Below the pieces are notes generated by a model. That model worked only from the letters and a program-made list of their open reading frames with translations, had not been told where the DNA came from and did no database searches. 64,000 bases of DNA from Candidatus Krumholzibacteriia bacterium (GTDB taxonomy: Bacteria; Krumholzibacteriota; Krumholzibacteriia; Krumholzibacteriales; Krumholzibacteriaceae). Positions 61,872 through 64,000 of this stretch are shown here, piece by piece. The DNA is taken from positions 512,001-576,000 of the forward strand of contig CAWIIQ010000001.1 of NCBI GenBank assembly GCA_963836185.1. Direction: 5' to 3'. The stretch's first letter is position 1, and every line of letters starts with the position of its first letter. Position numbers and translations under genes: made by a program.

Positions 61872-62833
61872 TTACAGGCCGAATTCCTGCGGGGGAGGGG
61901 CAGTGATCTCGATCGTTTCTTTCGTCACGGGATGCGGCAGCGATATCTTCCACGCGTGAAGGAGCATTCGGCCCTGCCGGTCTCCACCCCGGTCGCTGCC
62001 GTATACGGGATCGCCCGACACGGGATGACCGATCGACAGCATGTGAGCCCTGATCTGGTGCGTCCTGCCTGTTTCTATCCTTATCTCGAGCAGGGCGCGT
62101 TCATCCGGCAGTTTCCTGATCACCGAGAAATGGGTCACGGCGCTCTGGCCGGCACTGTCGGGCGACCGCCCTCGACGACTCGCCCTTTTCTATCGAAAGA
62201 GGCGTGTCTATCGTTCCGCTTCGTTCCCCGGGTACGCCGTCTACGACGGCGAGGTATGTCTTTACCGGCTCTCCCCCGGCAAACGCCCGCGACATCTCGC
62301 GAGCGGCGAGTCGGGTCTTGGCGATGACCAGCACTCCCGATGTCTCGATGTCCAGCCTGTGAACGGGTGATGCGGCGAAGAGCGGCGGTCCGTCCGGGTC
62401 CTGCTCCGCGGGAGGCAGGTACCTGCACAGCAGATCGAGGAGCGATCCGAGCTCGCTGCGGTTCCCGGGCTGCACGGGAAGCCCGGCCGGTTTGTCTATC
62501 ACGAGTATGTCCCTGTCCTCGATGCAGTACGGCTATTCCCATGCCGATATCTCCGAACCTCATCGCCGGTTTCTCGTCTCCTGCGGGGACTTCGGGGAGG
62601 ACCTCGGCCGGCCTGTCTTTGCGAAGGCGTATCTCGACTACGTCACCGTCCTTGAGCCTCGCCTTCCCCGGAACCTTTTCGCCGTTAAGCCGGATCTTGC
62701 CCTTCCTGATAAGGGTCTGAATGACGGGAAAGGAGAGAGCGGGACGCACAGCTCTTACGAACCTGTCCAGCCTCGATCCTGTCCAGTCTTCCATCACGGT
62801 TATCTTTGTCTCTTCTATCTCGCTCATCGTCAT
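61872..62833 (-). CDS. RluA-family pseudouridine synthase with S4 domain; frameshifts near 62515 and 62160
   Basis: RLDRFV (S4), DKPAGLPVQ, VHRLDIETSG, TGRTHQIRAH, GDPVYG and LHA motifs over three frames. Confidence 0.88.
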
Positions 62834-64000
62834 TCCAGTGCTTTTACGTCGATGCTCTCGACCCTGTCACCATCGTAATTGAATTTTATATAGATACAAG
62901 GAGCGAAAGCCCGTGCCTGCTCCAGTCCGCCCTCGACCTCGTATTACCTTCCAGTCCGGCTTGTAGAGTGAGACCGCGTCAGCGGCATATGGGAATGCGA
63001 GAGGCGGTTTCTCGACTGCGGCAACCGTGTAATCCGGATTCTCTTCTATGGTTGATACCAGGAAGCCGACAGATTCCCTGTACATACGGGTGAAATCGCT
63101 CCAGATCCGTTCAAGCCGGTCGACCCTGACGATGCTGCCGGCGATGAAAACGCAGATCGCCGCGATGCATATTACTTTCAGGACCTTTTTCCTCGAGTTC
63201 CACAGCAGGCCGAGGACGAGAGTGAACAGGAGTATCGGCTCCGACCGACGAGAGATAGTAGTACCGGTTCTGCGTGATAGAGACGGTCGAGAAGAACCTG
63301 TATCTGAAGGCAGAGGCGGGTACCAGGGCGGCAAGGGTCCAGAGCGCAGCCAGGGTGAACTCGCGGCGCCTGCCGGCCACGCGGCCGATGTACCATATTA
63401 ATGCGAGTACGCCGATAACGAGAAGTTCGGGGAGAAAGGGATGAGTCGGTTCCTGCAGCATCGTGCCTTCGTGATAGAAGAGGGAGAAGAACGGCCACGG
63501 CCAGAGCTGGTAGAGGAACCCGCCTGCCGTGTTGCGGAGCATATGCAGCCCCGGTTCCCAGTTGTGCTGGGTGAATCCGCCTATCACCAGTCTTCTGGTG
63601 ATCAGGTACAGCGGCGGACACTGCAGACCAGGATATCAGGGAGATCCTGATAGTGGCCGCGTTCTTCCATTCTGTCCCGGTACAGGAACCATATGACCAT
63701 CAGTATCGGCAATCCCGCGATCGCCGTCTCCTTCGCCAGAAGGGAGAGGGCGAACAGGGCGGTCGCGGAGATGACAGTGGATCGTCCGCGTTTCTTTCCT
63801 GTGATCAGTACGAGGATGGCGCCGAGCAGCAGCGCCGTTGACAGCAAGTGTCGTTCTCGCGCTTATCCAGAAGACGGCTCCCGTATGGATGCTCGAGACA
63901 GCGAACAACGCCGCTCCGGCGGCGGCCTGCCTCCAGTCACTCAGTATCCGGATAAATAGGTGAAAGACGAGCACCGAGCAGATGAAATGCAGCAGGATAT
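62830..64000 (-). CDS. Partial multi-pass membrane protein, GT-C (ArnT/PMT/TMTC-like) glycosyltransferase; frameshifted
   Basis: AALFAVSSIHTGAVFWISAR, LLAKETA and NRYYYL motifs spread over several frames. 5' end lies outside the window. Confidence 0.6.

Noticed and set aside
42-63959. Long antisense or alternate-frame ORFs (for example 42-506, 2450-3349, 23223-24350, 46931-47893, 50531-51541, 55767-56945)
   Set aside because: These are shadow ORFs typical of GC-rich DNA. They overlap well-supported genes and carry no recognisable motifs.
6708-64000. Many frameshifted genes (S41, FlgD proteins, FadL, kinase, transglutaminase, tamB, RluA, GT-C) as pseudogenes or programmed frameshifts
   Set aside because: The breaks are scattered single-base indels, often in short homopolymers, and hit housekeeping genes whose motifs are otherwise intact. 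Long-read error is the simplest explanation; reads are needed to confirm.

Overview
A 64 kb stretch of GC-rich bacterial chromosome with no rRNA, tRNA, CRISPR array or transposase that I can see. Five secreted proteins carry a C-terminal (NY)PNPFNP FlgD-Ig / T9SS-type-A-like domain, two Hanks kinases start MIGKT(I/V)SHY, and there are many lipoproteins and peptidases. This suggests a non-Bacteroidota FCB-group organism such as Krumholzibacteriota or Latescibacterota (inference). About ten genes are broken by single-base indels, which looks like unpolished long-read assembly error. Main content in order: a partial divergent regulator and a sigma54-type promoter ahead of an operon (72-aa charged peptide, SpeD-like pyruvoyl decarboxylase, GNAT, ATP-grasp ligase, PLP decarboxylase); SPFH; GbsR/MarR regulators; an S41 peptidase; FadL with a periplasmic partner; a VapBC-like TA pair; C1A and M28 peptidases; a racemase; a transglutaminase operon; a secreted tail-fibre-like protein with an S74 chaperone and a small partner; tamAB; tricorn protease; AsmA; adk; lemA-htpX; an M29 aminopeptidase; RluA. 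Top observation: an FG-GAP + FlgD-Ig protein (33068-34351) is interrupted by one in-frame UGA that is followed immediately by a hairpin fitting the bacterial SECIS model, making it a candidate extracellular selenoprotein. Also notable are the SpeD/GNAT/ATP-grasp/decarboxylase cluster, the fibre/anchor gene pair, and repeated echoes of gene 3' ends just after stop codons.
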